Shown: one piece after another, positions 1 to 9,583 of the stretch
Position numbering within the stretch: position 1 is the stretch's first letter
Layout of the letters: each line of letters opens with the position of its first letter
Assembly (NCBI GenBank): GCA_905478245.1
Contig: CAJQHT010000009.1
Span: forward strand, 1 to 61,466
From: an uncultured Rickettsiales bacterium
Lineage (GTDB): Bacteria > Pseudomonadota > Alphaproteobacteria > Rickettsiales > UBA1997
Length of the DNA: 61,466 bases
Reading direction: 5' to 3'
The notes under the pieces: model-generated
Told to the model about the DNA's origin: nothing
The model's database searches: none
The model's input: the letters and a program-made list of their open reading frames with translations, nothing else
Translations under genes and position numbers: made by a program

Positions 1-702
1 TAAAGGTTTAGTTGATTCATCAGGATTCGTTATATCATTTATTAATGTTTGATTTGGATTTCTAAGTTTTTCTGCTGTTTGGTGTATTTTTATATCCTCT
101 ATGATCTCTTCAAGAGTTTGATTTTCTAGATCTGGATTTTGAGTATAATTATTTAGCTTTATCTCCAGCACAGAATTAGGAGAAGCCTTTTCAACGTATT
201 CGGTTGGGTCAATAACAGTATCGGGCGTAAGAAAAATACTCAAACCACTTTTAGCTTCTACCCCTGTTGTATTATTAATTATTACATCAGTGGCATCCTG
301 ATTTATCCATGAAATATGAGAGTGAATTCCTGTACTTTTTCCTGTATTTCCTGTAACTCCTAAGATAGTTCCTTGTGGTACTGAAACCCCTGTCACAATG
401 CTGGAATCAATAGAGTCTAAATGACCATATACTATACTAGTTCCATTTTCTAATTTAACTGCAACAAAATTACCTAATGTACTACTGTTTCCATAGCGAA
501 TTACCTCTCCATTAAGCATCGAAATAGTATTGCGATCAGTAGCGCCTCCAACCCCAAAGTCAATTCCCGTATGAAATGCTGTTCTACCAGTTTCTGGATC
601 TGATCTAAAACCATAATTACTTGTTATGTTGCCATTATTTACTGGATTTAACAATCCCTCTAAGTTAAGTAATTCACCATTTTTTCCGTAGTAGTCCGCC
701 AT
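1..702 (-). CDS. M23-family Zn metallo-endopeptidase domain protein with C-terminal extension; runs off the window; no signal peptide; candidate antibacterial effector
   Basis: Manual translation from ATG at 702: MADYYGKNGELLNLEGLLNPVNNGNITSNYGFRSDPETGRTAFHTGIDFG...YGHL...GNTGKSTGIHSHISW. HxxxD and HxH M23 motifs present; frame open to the window edge; not in the ORF track. Confidence 0.9.
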   Translation of the reverse strand, partial: MADYYGKNGELLNLEGLLNPVNNGNITSNYGFRSDPETGRTAFHTGIDFGVGGATDRNTISMLNGEVIRYGNSSTLGNFVAVKLENGTSIVYGHLDSIDSSIVTGVSVPQGTILGVTGNTGKSTGIHSHISWINQDATDVIINNTTGVEAKSGLSIFLTPDTVIDPTEYVEKASPNSVLEIKLNNYTQNPDLENQTLEEIIEDIKIHQTAEKLRNPNQTLINDITNPDESTKPL

Positions 703-713
703 AGTTTCTTTAA

Positions 714-1472
714 TTATTTATTTAAATATGTTACTATACAATTTTCTGATCTCAGAAAAAGGTTTTCTTTATTATTGGAGTTATTACAATTTGCAGCCAA
801 AAGATTTTTGTTATTACTATTGATTTTTTTTAAACAAAATTCTGAACCATTAACTTTTATTACCGGCCGTTTATCAATATCATACATATATTCATATGTA
901 GCAAAATGTTGTCCGTTGTAATATATAAGATTTATGCGAAAAAAACCAAAGTCTATATCGCTCACTTTTAAAGAATCATCATGGTATTTGAACGCCATTT
1001 CCTTAAATTTGTAATAATTATGATTTTTACTATAACCTAAGTTATATTGCTCATAATCCTTTTCTTCATAAGCTATCTTGTACTTATTGATAAATGAGGC
1101 AATCAAGCAGCTACCCTTATCCTCAATGAGAAGTTTTTGATTTGTTAAGAATTTGTTATCAAATACCAGATCTACAACATTACCACTATTAACTTCTAGC
1201 AATAAATCTAAACCTTTATCTGTTTTAAGTTTATATTTCCCGTCTTGAAACCTTTTTGGAATCCAATCATTGGCTCCGGCACATTCAACGAAAGCTTTAC
1301 CATTAAATATATAAAACTTTCCCTTTTTAGACTCATTCAAACCACAATCATAAAATAGTTTGCGCTTACTTGAGCCAATCTCTCCAGTAAAATAATACTG
1401 ACTCCAATCTTCCTTAGCGCTAATTGGAAAACTAAATAATAAAAATGTAAAAATTAAAAATTTTAGCTTCAT
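714..1472 (-). CDS. Exported hypothetical protein with Sec signal peptide; putative immunity partner of the downstream M23 protein
   Basis: ORF track 714..1499; the internal ATG at 1472 gives MKLKFLIFTFLLFSFPISA-KED, a classic signal peptide. Stop lies 11 bp before the M23 start. Confidence 0.7.
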   Translation of the reverse strand: MKLKFLIFTFLLFSFPISAKEDWSQYYFTGEIGSSKRKLFYDCGLNESKKGKFYIFNGKAFVECAGANDWIPKRFQDGKYKLKTDKGLDLLLEVNSGNVVDLVFDNKFLTNQKLLIEDKGSCLIASFINKYKIAYEEKDYEQYNLGYSKNHNYYKFKEMAFKYHDDSLKVSDIDFGFFRINLIYYNGQHFATYEYMYDIDKRPVIKVNGSEFCLKKINSNNKNLLAANCNNSNNKENLFLRSENCIVTYLNK

Positions 1473-1622
1473 TTTGTTATAAAAATTATAATTTATCAAA
1501 TTTGCAAATAAGAATTATATCAGCTAATCTTTGAGCTGCTTTATCTCCATTTTCGTCTTTATTTTCTTCTTTACTAATAAAAACTTCTGTAATCAAGAGG
1601 TGAATTGATTATTTATCTAATA

Positions 1623-1680
1623 ATACCATTTTAACTTCTAAACATTTTAACTTTTAATTAGTTAAGTTGTTAAATGGTTT
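1623..1680. mobile_element. Short degenerate MITE, ATACCATTTTAACTTCTAAA subfamily
   Basis: The same 20-mer occurs at 61246 and in reverse at about 60229-60248; degenerate right arm TTAAATGGTTT. Confidence 0.55.
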
Positions 1681-1684
1681 TTTA

Positions 1685-1714
1685 ATTATAGCAAGTTTTG
1701 TTTTTTAACTACAA
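1685..1714 (-). promoter_or_regulatory. Putative sigma70 promoter of cassette 1
   Basis: Minus strand TTGTAG-N18-TATAAT with extended -10 (TGCTATAAT); similar sequence at about 3996-4035 upstream of cassette 2. Confidence 0.5.
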
Positions 1715-1743
1715 GATAAATCATTAATATTTTTTGCCCGTTA

Positions 1744-1770
1744 AAAACTGTATCATTTTGATACAGTTTT
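1744..1770. promoter_or_regulatory. Palindromic site AAAAC-TGTATCA-TTT-TGATACA-GTTTT
   Basis: Perfect 12-bp arms; the core recurs at 4063, 25443-25501 and 40077-40156. Confidence 0.7.
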
Positions 1771-1825
1771 GTTGAAGAAGATATTTTACTAAATTACTGA
1801 ATTTGTTATCTTTTTTGTTTTTATG

Positions 1826-1886
1826 AGACCTCTGCATAACTGAAGTAGTTTGGTTTTTGGTTAATTAATCAGTGTTGCATGAGTCT
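1826..1886. mobile_element. 61-bp AGAC-ended MITE (termini resemble Rickettsia RPE-1) truncating the adjacent ORF
   Basis: Imperfect 18-bp TIR AGACCTCTGCATAACTGA / TCAGTGTTGCATGAGTCT; it encodes the last residues (RLMQH*) of ORF 1869..2903. Confidence 0.6.
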
Positions 1887-2903
1887 TTTTATTATAATTA
1901 TATTATTTATTAAACTTGCTATGCCATCTCCTGTTGTAAATAATTTATTAGCTTGATTCATATAACCATCTACAAATTCTTTTGTTACATCTGCTGCTTT
2001 TTCTGTCATTTCTACTACGGCAGAAAGTAATGCTTTGGTGCCGTCTTTGAGAGTAGTCATTACTCCTTCTTTTTGAATAGTGTTTATATTGCCATTACTA
2101 TCCTCTACTGTAAATATTGCTTCTTGCTGTGATATAGCATTACCATTTTTATCTATATATTCTGGATTTTCTGCTAATAATCCTGAGTTTTTTAATGGAT
2201 CTTCTTGTTTATTTCCTTTTGATAGGGAAAATTCATCTTCGTTTATTTTAATTTTAATAGATTTGCTATCCTCTGAAACTAAAGAACTGTTAGAAATAGC
2301 ATCCTTTGCTATTTTGTCATTCGAATCTAAAAAACCTTCTGTTTGAATAGATATACCATCTTTATTTTGAGAAATTTCTGCGCTTGAAGATTGGCCATCG
2401 GGGGAGATTTGAGTTATAAGTGAATTTTGCTGATCATTTAATATGTCTTTTGTGTTGGCAATAGCTCTATCAATACCAGCCCCAATCTTTCCAATACCCA
2501 TTCCAACATTTTGGGCAATTTGGGCATATAATCCTCTATCAACATTGCTTAGTAAAATTTCCGCCTTATTATCTCCAAATAAACCAAATGTTTTGGATGA
2601 CACTTGAACCATTTTATCAACAACATATTCTAGAGTTGGACCGGTATATGCTTGCAACACAGCACCAGTTCCCGATGTTAATTTTAAGGTAAATTCTGAA
2701 ATATTTTGATTATCTGTTTTTGTTTGATTATAGATTAGATTATAATTAGTAACAACATCCATTCCAGCAAGAAACTCTCTTGTCTCAATTGAAATTAGAT
2801 TATTTTCATAGGCATATTGCTGACCTTGATATAATTTATCTCCTATCCAATTTAGAGTTTTGTCTAATTTGCTTTCTTGGATATTATTATTTGTGTTAGT
2901 CAT
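1869..2903 (-). pseudogene. Probable 3'-truncated remnant of a larger signal-less protein (putative effector)
   Basis: 344-aa ORF with no signal peptide; the stop codon lies inside a MITE; it starts 8 bp after the Sel1 lipoprotein gene. Confidence 0.55.
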
Positions 2904-2911
2904 ATTTTAAT

Positions 2912-3766
2912 TTATTTAATGGTATTGTTAAATTTAATATTTTCTACTTTTTTTAAAGCTTCATTCATATCTGGCACGAAATCAGGGTTTTCTTTAAGCC
3001 ATTTTTTGATTCTAATTTTTGCCTCTTCTATCTGAGACTTAGTCATAAAAGATTCTAATTTATCTAAAATTTTTTGAGCTGTTTCCTGATTTTTCCTTAT
3101 ATCAGTTCCGTGACCATCATGATATGTGCCATAGTTATTTTTTTCAAGAAAAAACCATTTATAGGCTTCTGGGAAATATTTTGGCACTTTTAAATCTCCG
3201 TGCTTGCCTGTAGAATATGCAATCCCTAAAGAAGCATATCCTGCAATACTTCCATACAAAGCAGCCTCTCTTGCCATTTCCCAAGATTTTTCGTAGTTTG
3301 GATTATTAAGATTTAAAGCTTTGGGCTGAATTCTATAAGAATTAGACATTGCGATATATGCACCCCCTATATCCTTTTTATCATAGATTTTAATTAATTT
3401 ATTAAATTCTGCTTTTGCTTTAGCATTTCCGTTTAAATGAGAAGAGTATAAAAATGACAATACATCATCTCTTTGAGATGGATTGCCATCTTTATCAGTT
3501 GAAAATTGACCTATCATCCCCATCCAATATTGAGCATCAGCATTACCATTTTCTGCAAGATTTTTGCATTCATCTAGATAGGGATTCCATTTTTTAAGTT
3601 CAAAACTTAATTTATGTTCATCTTCTACAGCTTTATGATAGAATTCTTCACATTTTTGAATTTTCTCATCTATTGATAGATTAGCAATATTCTCTTTTTT
3701 ACTACAGGCAGATAGTATTATTAAAAAAGATAATATTAGATAAAAAAAAGACTTAATTAGCGACAT
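2912..3766 (-). CDS. Sel1-like-repeat lipoprotein (putative immunity protein)
   Basis: Lipobox LSAC; SLR-type motifs AENGNADAQYWMG, ASLGIAYSTG...EAYKWF, and the C-terminal MTKSQIEEAK typical of Sel1 proteins. Confidence 0.8.
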   Translation of the reverse strand: MSLIKSFFYLILSFLIILSACSKKENIANLSIDEKIQKCEEFYHKAVEDEHKLSFELKKWNPYLDECKNLAENGNADAQYWMGMIGQFSTDKDGNPSQRDDVLSFLYSSHLNGNAKAKAEFNKLIKIYDKKDIGGAYIAMSNSYRIQPKALNLNNPNYEKSWEMAREAALYGSIAGYASLGIAYSTGKHGDLKVPKYFPEAYKWFFLEKNNYGTYHDGHGTDIRKNQETAQKILDKLESFMTKSQIEEAKIRIKKWLKENPDFVPDMNEALKKVENIKFNNTIK

Positions 3767-4062
3767 ATTATTGATATTTTATTATGATTATTGGTATCAT
3801 TTCTAAATTTAATTATAATTATATTAATTTATTTAATTTTCATAACCATTATTAAACTACCACCATGATTTAAAGAAATTGATCCAAAAATCGATCAAAA
3901 AGAAACTTCTATAATCAATATGGTGATTGATTTATCTATTTTAAGATTACCTATAAATTAACAAAATTCTGCTGATTTATAAATAACCTCACTTAAATTA
4001 TTAATAGTTTATTTTTTAACTTACAACAAGAAAATATTTTATTAGTTATTATGATTTAAATA

Positions 4063-4079
4063 TGTGTCAAAATAATACA
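4063..4079. promoter_or_regulatory. Degenerate copy of the TGTATCA-N3-TGATACA palindrome
   Basis: TGTGTCA-AAA-TAATACA (15/17 including the spacer), with palindromic ATA/TAT flanks. Confidence 0.55.
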
Positions 4080-4082
4080 TAT

Positions 4083-4450
4083 GTAGGTTTGATCCTATGT
4101 GTTCGCCCGCTGTTCCATTTATCCTCGGTTGGCTACGGGCAGACACATAGGTCTGCCCCTACAATTGATCCGTTGTTTTTTTATTGTCAGTTTTCTTCTA
4201 GCGTAATAATTTATGTTGTAAAAGATGTTTAAGTTGGTTTCCGCTGGGGACGTAGAGCCTTAAGGTTGACGGTAATTTTCTGTTGCAGAAGATGCTTAAG
4301 CGTAAGGCTCTGCGTTCTTAAGATAGGAATAATGTAGGTTTGATCCTATGTGTTCGCCCGCTATTCCATTTATCCTTGGGTTTCTACTCAGCAGACACTT
4401 CAGGTCCGCCCCTATAATTGATCCGTTGTTTTTATGTCATTGGTTTTGGA
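4083..4450. repeat. Cluster of GTAG-type REP doublets (REPIN-like), two units about 251 bp apart
   Basis: The reverse complement of 4137-4162 is GTAGGGGCAGACCTATGTGTCTGCCC (GTAG + hairpin), paired with an inverted degenerate copy at 4083. The unit repeats at 4334-4415. A second IR ACGTAGAGCCTTA/TAAGGCTCTGCGT lies at 4250-4315. Confidence 0.75.
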
Positions 4451-4571
4451 TGCAATATAATTGATCCGCTATTTATTTATAATATTAATCTTTACTGGAG
4501 ATATTTAATATTGCCACTAAGATTATGACAACAAGACTAGTAATAATAATTGTTAATAAATAATCCATAAA

Positions 4572-5180
4572 TTATAAATTGATTATTTCTTTTCTTAATT
4601 CTTTAATGCCCATATTTTTATTACTGCTAGTTAGAAGAATTTTTGGATGTAAGGCTGGGAATTTTACTGATTCTTTTTCTAATTTATTTTTAATTTGCTG
4701 AAGCGGATATTCTTTCAATTCATCAATTTTAGTTAAAATAATTTGATAGCTAGCAGCCAGACTATCAAAAATATTCATCATTTCCCTGTCCTTATCCAAT
4801 AAACCTCTTCTGGAATCAATTAAAATAAAAATTCTTTTTAGATTGGTTCTTTTGGCAAAATATTCATAACTTAATTTATCCCAAGATGATATTTCTTTTT
4901 TTCCTACCTTAGCAAAACCATATCCTGGCATATCAACTAAGTTTAATTTTTCTTCTAATTCAAAGAAATTTAATTGTCTTGTTCTGCCTGGGGTTTTGGA
5001 AGTAAGGGCAATTTTTTGATTTACTAAAGCATTGATTAGGCTAGATTTTCCAACATTAGATCTGCCAATAAAAGCAATTTCTGGCACATAAGAGATTTTA
5101 ATTTGATCAAATTTGCAAGCTCCCATAATAAACTTACATTTACCTTTGAAGAAATTATCAACATTACTTACTTTAATCAT
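4572..5180 (-). CDS. engB: Ribosome biogenesis GTP-binding protein YihA/YsxC
   Basis: [29 protein letters not shown] motifs. Confidence 0.95.
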   Translation of the reverse strand: MIKVSNVDNFFKGKCKFIMGACKFDQIKISYVPEIAFIGRSNVGKSSLINALVNQKIALTSKTPGRTRQLNFFELEEKLNLVDMPGYGFAKVGKKEISSWDKLSYEYFAKRTNLKRIFILIDSRRGLLDKDREMMNIFDSLAASYQIILTKIDELKEYPLQQIKNKLEKESVKFPALHPKILLTSSNKNMGIKELRKEIINL

Positions 5181-6378
5181 TTTTACTTATATCTAATTTA
5201 TCAAATATTTCTACCAAAGCCAGAACTAAATCTTCAATCATTTTATCACTATGTAGCGGAGTTGGCACAATTCGAAGTCTTTCTGAGCCAATTTCTACAG
5301 TTGGAAAATTGATATTTTGAATATAAATATTATAATCATTTAATAATAATTCTGAAACTTTCTTGCACTGTGCTGCGTCACCTATAATTATAGGAATAAT
5401 ATGAGAATTATTATCTAAAATTCTAATTTTATTATTTTTTAATGCTAATTTTAACTTATTAACTCTTTCTTTATGCTTTTCTCGCAGCTTATTATTATTT
5501 TTTAAATATTTTACATTATGCAATATTGCCTGAGCTGTCATTGGCGGCATGGAAGTTGTAAAAATAAATCCGGGAGCATAAGATCTAATGGCGTCAATCA
5601 TCATTAACGAGCCAGTTAAATAACCACCAACCCCACCATAGGCCTTGCCAAAAGTGCCTTGAATAAAATCTAAATCTTTAAATAATCCATTCTCACCACT
5701 AATTCCAGAACCATCTTCACCATAAAGCCCAACACCATGAACCTCATCAACATAAGTTAAAGCATTATATTTCTTTGCTAAATCAATAATTTCCTGCATT
5801 TTACCAAAATCTCCATCCATAGAATAAACCGATTCAAAAATAATAATTTTTGGCTGATTATTATCATATTTTAAAAGCATATTTTCTAAATCAACCATAT
5901 CATTATGTTTAAAAATATGTTTTTTTAGACCGCTATTTTTAATACCATGTATAATTGAAGCGTGGTTTTTCTCATCAGAAAATATAACTAAATCAGGTAT
6001 AATTTTTGCCAAAGCTTTAATTGACGATTCATTTGCCACATAGCCAGAAGAAAATATAATGGATTTTTCTTTTTTATGCAAATCTGCAATTTCATTTTCC
6101 AATTCAACCAAAGGATGATTGGTTCCAGAAATATTTCTAGTACCACCACTGCCAATACCAAATTGATGCGCAGCATCGCAAGCCTCCAGAATTGCATTTT
6201 TATCCTGACCAAGTCCAAGATAATCGTTAGAACACCAAACAGTAATTATTTCCTGGTTTTTATTATTAATAGCATGCGGAAATTTACCGCATAATCTAGA
6301 AATATTTAAAAATTCCCGATAATTATCCTGTTTTTTTAATTTATTTATTGAATCTGTAAAAAATTGTAAATAATTCAT
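5173..6378 (-). CDS. hemA: 5-aminolevulinate synthase
   Basis: [38 protein letters not shown] (PLP lysine), FIFTTS. Confidence 0.95.
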   Translation of the reverse strand: MNYLQFFTDSINKLKKQDNYREFLNISRLCGKFPHAINNKNQEIITVWCSNDYLGLGQDKNAILEACDAAHQFGIGSGGTRNISGTNHPLVELENEIADLHKKEKSIIFSSGYVANESSIKALAKIIPDLVIFSDEKNHASIIHGIKNSGLKKHIFKHNDMVDLENMLLKYDNNQPKIIIFESVYSMDGDFGKMQEIIDLAKKYNALTYVDEVHGVGLYGEDGSGISGENGLFKDLDFIQGTFGKAYGGVGGYLTGSLMMIDAIRSYAPGFIFTTSMPPMTAQAILHNVKYLKNNNKLREKHKERVNKLKLALKNNKIRILDNNSHIIPIIIGDAAQCKKVSELLLNDYNIYIQNINFPTVEIGSERLRIVPTPLHSDKMIEDLVLALVEIFDKLDISKND

Positions 6379-6404
6379 TAATTTTATCTTTCTAGGGAAA
6401 TTTC

Positions 6405-7043
6405 TTAAAAATCATTAAATTCTACTGAATTTAAAAAGTGATTTAACTGTTTAAACGCTCCTGATCTATGGCTAACTGATTCCTTATCTTTATATTCTAT
6501 CTGGGCAAATGTTTTATTTTTAAAAATATTAGCGATAAAAATTGGATCATATCCAAATCCTTTGCTTCCTTTAGCCGGAAAGGTAAGAACACCTTCAACC
6601 TTACCCTCAAAAGATTTATGATTATTACTAACAGGATTAAAAATTGTTAAATTACAAATAAAACTGGCTATTATCTTATTATTTTCTAAATTAATTGATT
6701 TTTTTTCCAACTCTGCCGCAATTTTATTAAAAGCCAGGTTAAAATCTCTCTTTCCTGTTACCTCATCAATCGCCCAGCGCGCTGAGTGAATTCCAGGCTT
6801 GCCATCAAGAGCATCTACACATAGGCCAGAATCATCCGCCAAAGATAATAATCCAGTTTTATTAGCGTAATATTTAGCTTTTATTAATGAATTTTGGGCA
6901 AAATCCTTACCATCTTCACGCGGCTCTTCTAATTTATATTCAAATGTAGGGATGCAGGTAAAGTTAGAATTTTGAAGCAAAGAGGAGATTTCATCGAATT
7001 TACCTTTATTTCCTGTTGCAATTAATATCTTCGCAGATTTCAT
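6405..7043 (-). CDS. rdgB: Non-canonical purine NTP pyrophosphatase (HAM1)
   Basis: [31 protein letters not shown]. Confidence 0.95.
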   Translation of the reverse strand: MKSAKILIATGNKGKFDEISSLLQNSNFTCIPTFEYKLEEPREDGKDFAQNSLIKAKYYANKTGLLSLADDSGLCVDALDGKPGIHSARWAIDEVTGKRDFNLAFNKIAAELEKKSINLENNKIIASFICNLTIFNPVSNNHKSFEGKVEGVLTFPAKGSKGFGYDPIFIANIFKNKTFAQIEYKDKESVSHRSGAFKQLNHFLNSVEFNDF

Positions 7044-7064
7044 AGCTCTTTATTAATGGATCTA

Positions 7065-7158
7065 ATGTCATTTTCCATTTCTAAAGCAAATTAAGATTAA
7101 TAAGCAACCTAACTTTATATTTTTTGCTATATTACTCATTAAAAATGGGAAATGGTAT
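7065..7158. mobile_element. ATACC...GGTAT family MITE, internally deleted copy
   Basis: Ends ATGTCATTTTCCATTT / AAAAATGGGAAATGGTAT; the internal CTAACTTTATATTTTTTG is shared with the 52812 copy. Confidence 0.65.
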
Positions 7159-7223
7159 AAATTATCTACAGAAAATGTAGTTTTGACGTAAAGTAAAGAA
7201 TAAAATTCTATATTTAAAAAAGA

Positions 7224-7358
7224 TTAAGCACTAAGAACTTTTCTGCCCTTTGCTCTTCTTCTATTAATAACGGCTCTACCACCTACTGTTTCCATTCTGG
7301 ATCTAAAACCATGTCTTCTTTTACGTACCAATTTACTTGGTTGAAATGTTCTTTTCAT
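7224..7358 (-). CDS. rpmH: 50S ribosomal protein L34
   Basis: Manual translation [44 protein letters not shown]; below the ORF-track cutoff. Confidence 0.97.
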   Translation of the reverse strand: MKRTFQPSKLVRKRRHGFRSRMETVGGRAVINRRRAKGRKVLSA

Positions 7359-7676
7359 CTTAAGATAAAATTAAATTTAAAAAATTAAGAAATCTACTTT
7401 CTTTTTAAAGCCTTCTTACTCAAGCACCATATTTCTTAAAAATATTCCTTAAAAATAAACAAATAATATTATTTATTAAAGAAGAAATTTGGCACAATCA
7501 AAGCATTGTAAATCAAATTTTTATAAAATCAAGAAGAATCAGACCAATGCCGAATGCCGAATCTCATTCTTTAATATTTAAGAATAGGGATATTTGAAAA
7601 TATACTACTCGCTTTCATCTATTCTTAATAATCAGGGGCTACCCCTTCCCCCCCCACTCCACGAGGTTTTTCTTTA

Positions 7677-9533
7677 TCACCCTCCTCCTAGAGAAAGATC
7701 TGAAGATGTACTACTCCTCCGACTCGAAGAAGCTGATGAAGGTGCAGCTGAAGGACGAGCACCTAATTCAATTGCTTGATTTATAGCTGCTTTAGCTTTG
7801 ACTTGGTTACTTATCATCATCTCACTTAAAGCAGAAAAATTATTAGCTGGAGTAGTGCTTCTTTCTTCTGCGTCAGCTGTTCCCTCTGAGGAGGCAGATT
7901 TAGATGATGGCTCGTTATTTGGAGCAAATATAGCAGATTTATTGATACTATTATCGCATGAGAACATTCCTTGATCTTTTACAATAAAAGATACCCTGCT
8001 TTCTTGATGAAAAAATTCTGCTAGCTCCTTTGGATCCATGTCGTTAACTGAAGTTTGATTTGTGACTCCTTTAGCGTCATATCTTATAATATCAGTAACG
8101 ATCCAACCTTCCAATAGATCAACATGACCAACAGTATCTTCACCTGCTTCACCTTCACCACATTTCTTAAATCTTTTAACACCGGGTGAAAAAATCTTAT
8201 TTATTTTTAAACCCTCCCCCTTAATAATTTCAAACAATACCCCTATACCACGATAAGGAGTGGTTGGATTAGGCTTATCTTTGTTAAACTCTATTCCTTT
8301 TTTAAAATTCTGCAAATCCGCTGTCTCTTTTGCAGCAGGTTCTGCCGCTTTTACACCTGCACTGTGCTTTGTTTCTTTGTCCTTTCTTTTTGGAGATGGA
8401 GCAGCTGATGGTTCATCATTGATATAATCCACAATTTCTGCTGGTATTTCTGCTTCTGTTGGCGGCGGTGTTATTCCTAATTTTTTAACCAGATCTTCAC
8501 GAACAGCTTTAATGCCATTGAGATCTAAATCATTCCAATTATTCTTACCCTTTTCACGATATTCAATAAGATTAACACCACTCCATTCACCTCCTTTGAT
8601 TCTAAACTCACATTGAGCTGAATTCATTTTTAACTCAAAAAAAGTATATTCACCTAATCTCTTACATTCACCATCCTGACCGCGTTTGCTTTTTACTGAA
8701 AACTTTTTTTGATTTTTTGCATCTCTTACCCCATTCGCTATATAATCACCATCTTCTATGTAAATTTCCTTATTATATTCTATTGTATCACGAATCTCTT
8801 GCGTAATTTCCTCGGGATTTTTATCAAAATTTATCAGTTGTTCAGTACCAACCCCCTGAATATACATACTCTTACTATTATGGAGTAATATATATTTTCT
8901 TCCACCATTACTCCTAATGTTATATTTATTATAACCACTAACACCCTCTATAGCCCTAGACTCAAGACCCAAAGATTCTAAAAATCTAGTGTCTCTTTTA
9001 ATCATAGTGTGTGCTTGATTTCTCAAGTCAGCTAATTCCACTTGCCTCATCACATCAACATAAAGCTGTGGAATCTCCCCTGAATCTTTTAAAGATGTAA
9101 GTTTCGTACCGTTACTATGAAAAATAGCATCCAAAGAATCATCTACTCTTCCTGTAAATTGAAAATTATCACTGTCAATCTTAAAATAAGTCCAACCGCC
9201 TCTTATTATTGTTCCAAAAATGCCAGGATTTTTATTTACCAAATCTACTATTTTGTTTATTTGGTTTTGAACACCTTCCCCACCTTTCTTTTTCTTAACT
9301 GTCTCTAAAATCAATTTCCGAAGGTTAGCAAAATCCTCTTCATTTAAATCTTGCGGTTCACCAGCATCATTATAAATCACCATACGTCTTTGATTTAAAT
9401 GAAAGGCATAAACCTTCTCCCGACTATCATCACCAGTAACCCAAAACTGTTGCCATCCATTGTCCTCCGCCCTTTGAAGAGCAAAAGCTGCCTTATGCTT
9501 TTTAATTAGCTCAACTATTTCATCAAAAGTCAT
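7677..9533 (-). CDS. Hypothetical 618-aa protein with N-terminal repeats, a degenerate PDZ-like region and a Ser-rich tail; candidate secreted effector
   Basis: Long ORF, visibly GC-richer than its neighbours; PYRGIGVLFEI..GLKINKIF resembles the PDZ GLGF-loop and beta strands; PSAAPS occurs twice. Confidence 0.75.
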   Translation of the reverse strand: MTFDEIVELIKKHKAAFALQRAEDNGWQQFWVTGDDSREKVYAFHLNQRRMVIYNDAGEPQDLNEEDFANLRKLILETVKKKKGGEGVQNQINKIVDLVNKNPGIFGTIIRGGWTYFKIDSDNFQFTGRVDDSLDAIFHSNGTKLTSLKDSGEIPQLYVDVMRQVELADLRNQAHTMIKRDTRFLESLGLESRAIEGVSGYNKYNIRSNGGRKYILLHNSKSMYIQGVGTEQLINFDKNPEEITQEIRDTIEYNKEIYIEDGDYIANGVRDAKNQKKFSVKSKRGQDGECKRLGEYTFFELKMNSAQCEFRIKGGEWSGVNLIEYREKGKNNWNDLDLNGIKAVREDLVKKLGITPPPTEAEIPAEIVDYINDEPSAAPSPKRKDKETKHSAGVKAAEPAAKETADLQNFKKGIEFNKDKPNPTTPYRGIGVLFEIIKGEGLKINKIFSPGVKRFKKCGEGEAGEDTVGHVDLLEGWIVTDIIRYDAKGVTNQTSVNDMDPKELAEFFHQESRVSFIVKDQGMFSCDNSINKSAIFAPNNEPSSKSASSEGTADAEERSTTPANNFSALSEMMISNQVKAKAAINQAIELGARPSAAPSSASSSRRSSTSSDLSLGGG

Positions 9534-9583
9534 CGTTATATCTTAAATTTATTTAAATTAATAATTTATCTTCTAAAGAGTCT

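Noticed and set aside
1486-1596. 36-aa minus-strand ORF MITEVFISKEENKDENGDKAAQRLADIILICKFDKL
   Set aside because: TTG start with no clear RBS, and the homologous block at 3903-3938 hits a stop after seven codons; possible remnant but unsupported.
4083-4450. Possible CRISPR array or tRNA in the GC-rich repeat block
   Set aside because: Only two long degenerate units built from inverted REP pairs; no regular repeat-spacer period, no cas genes, no cloverleaf.
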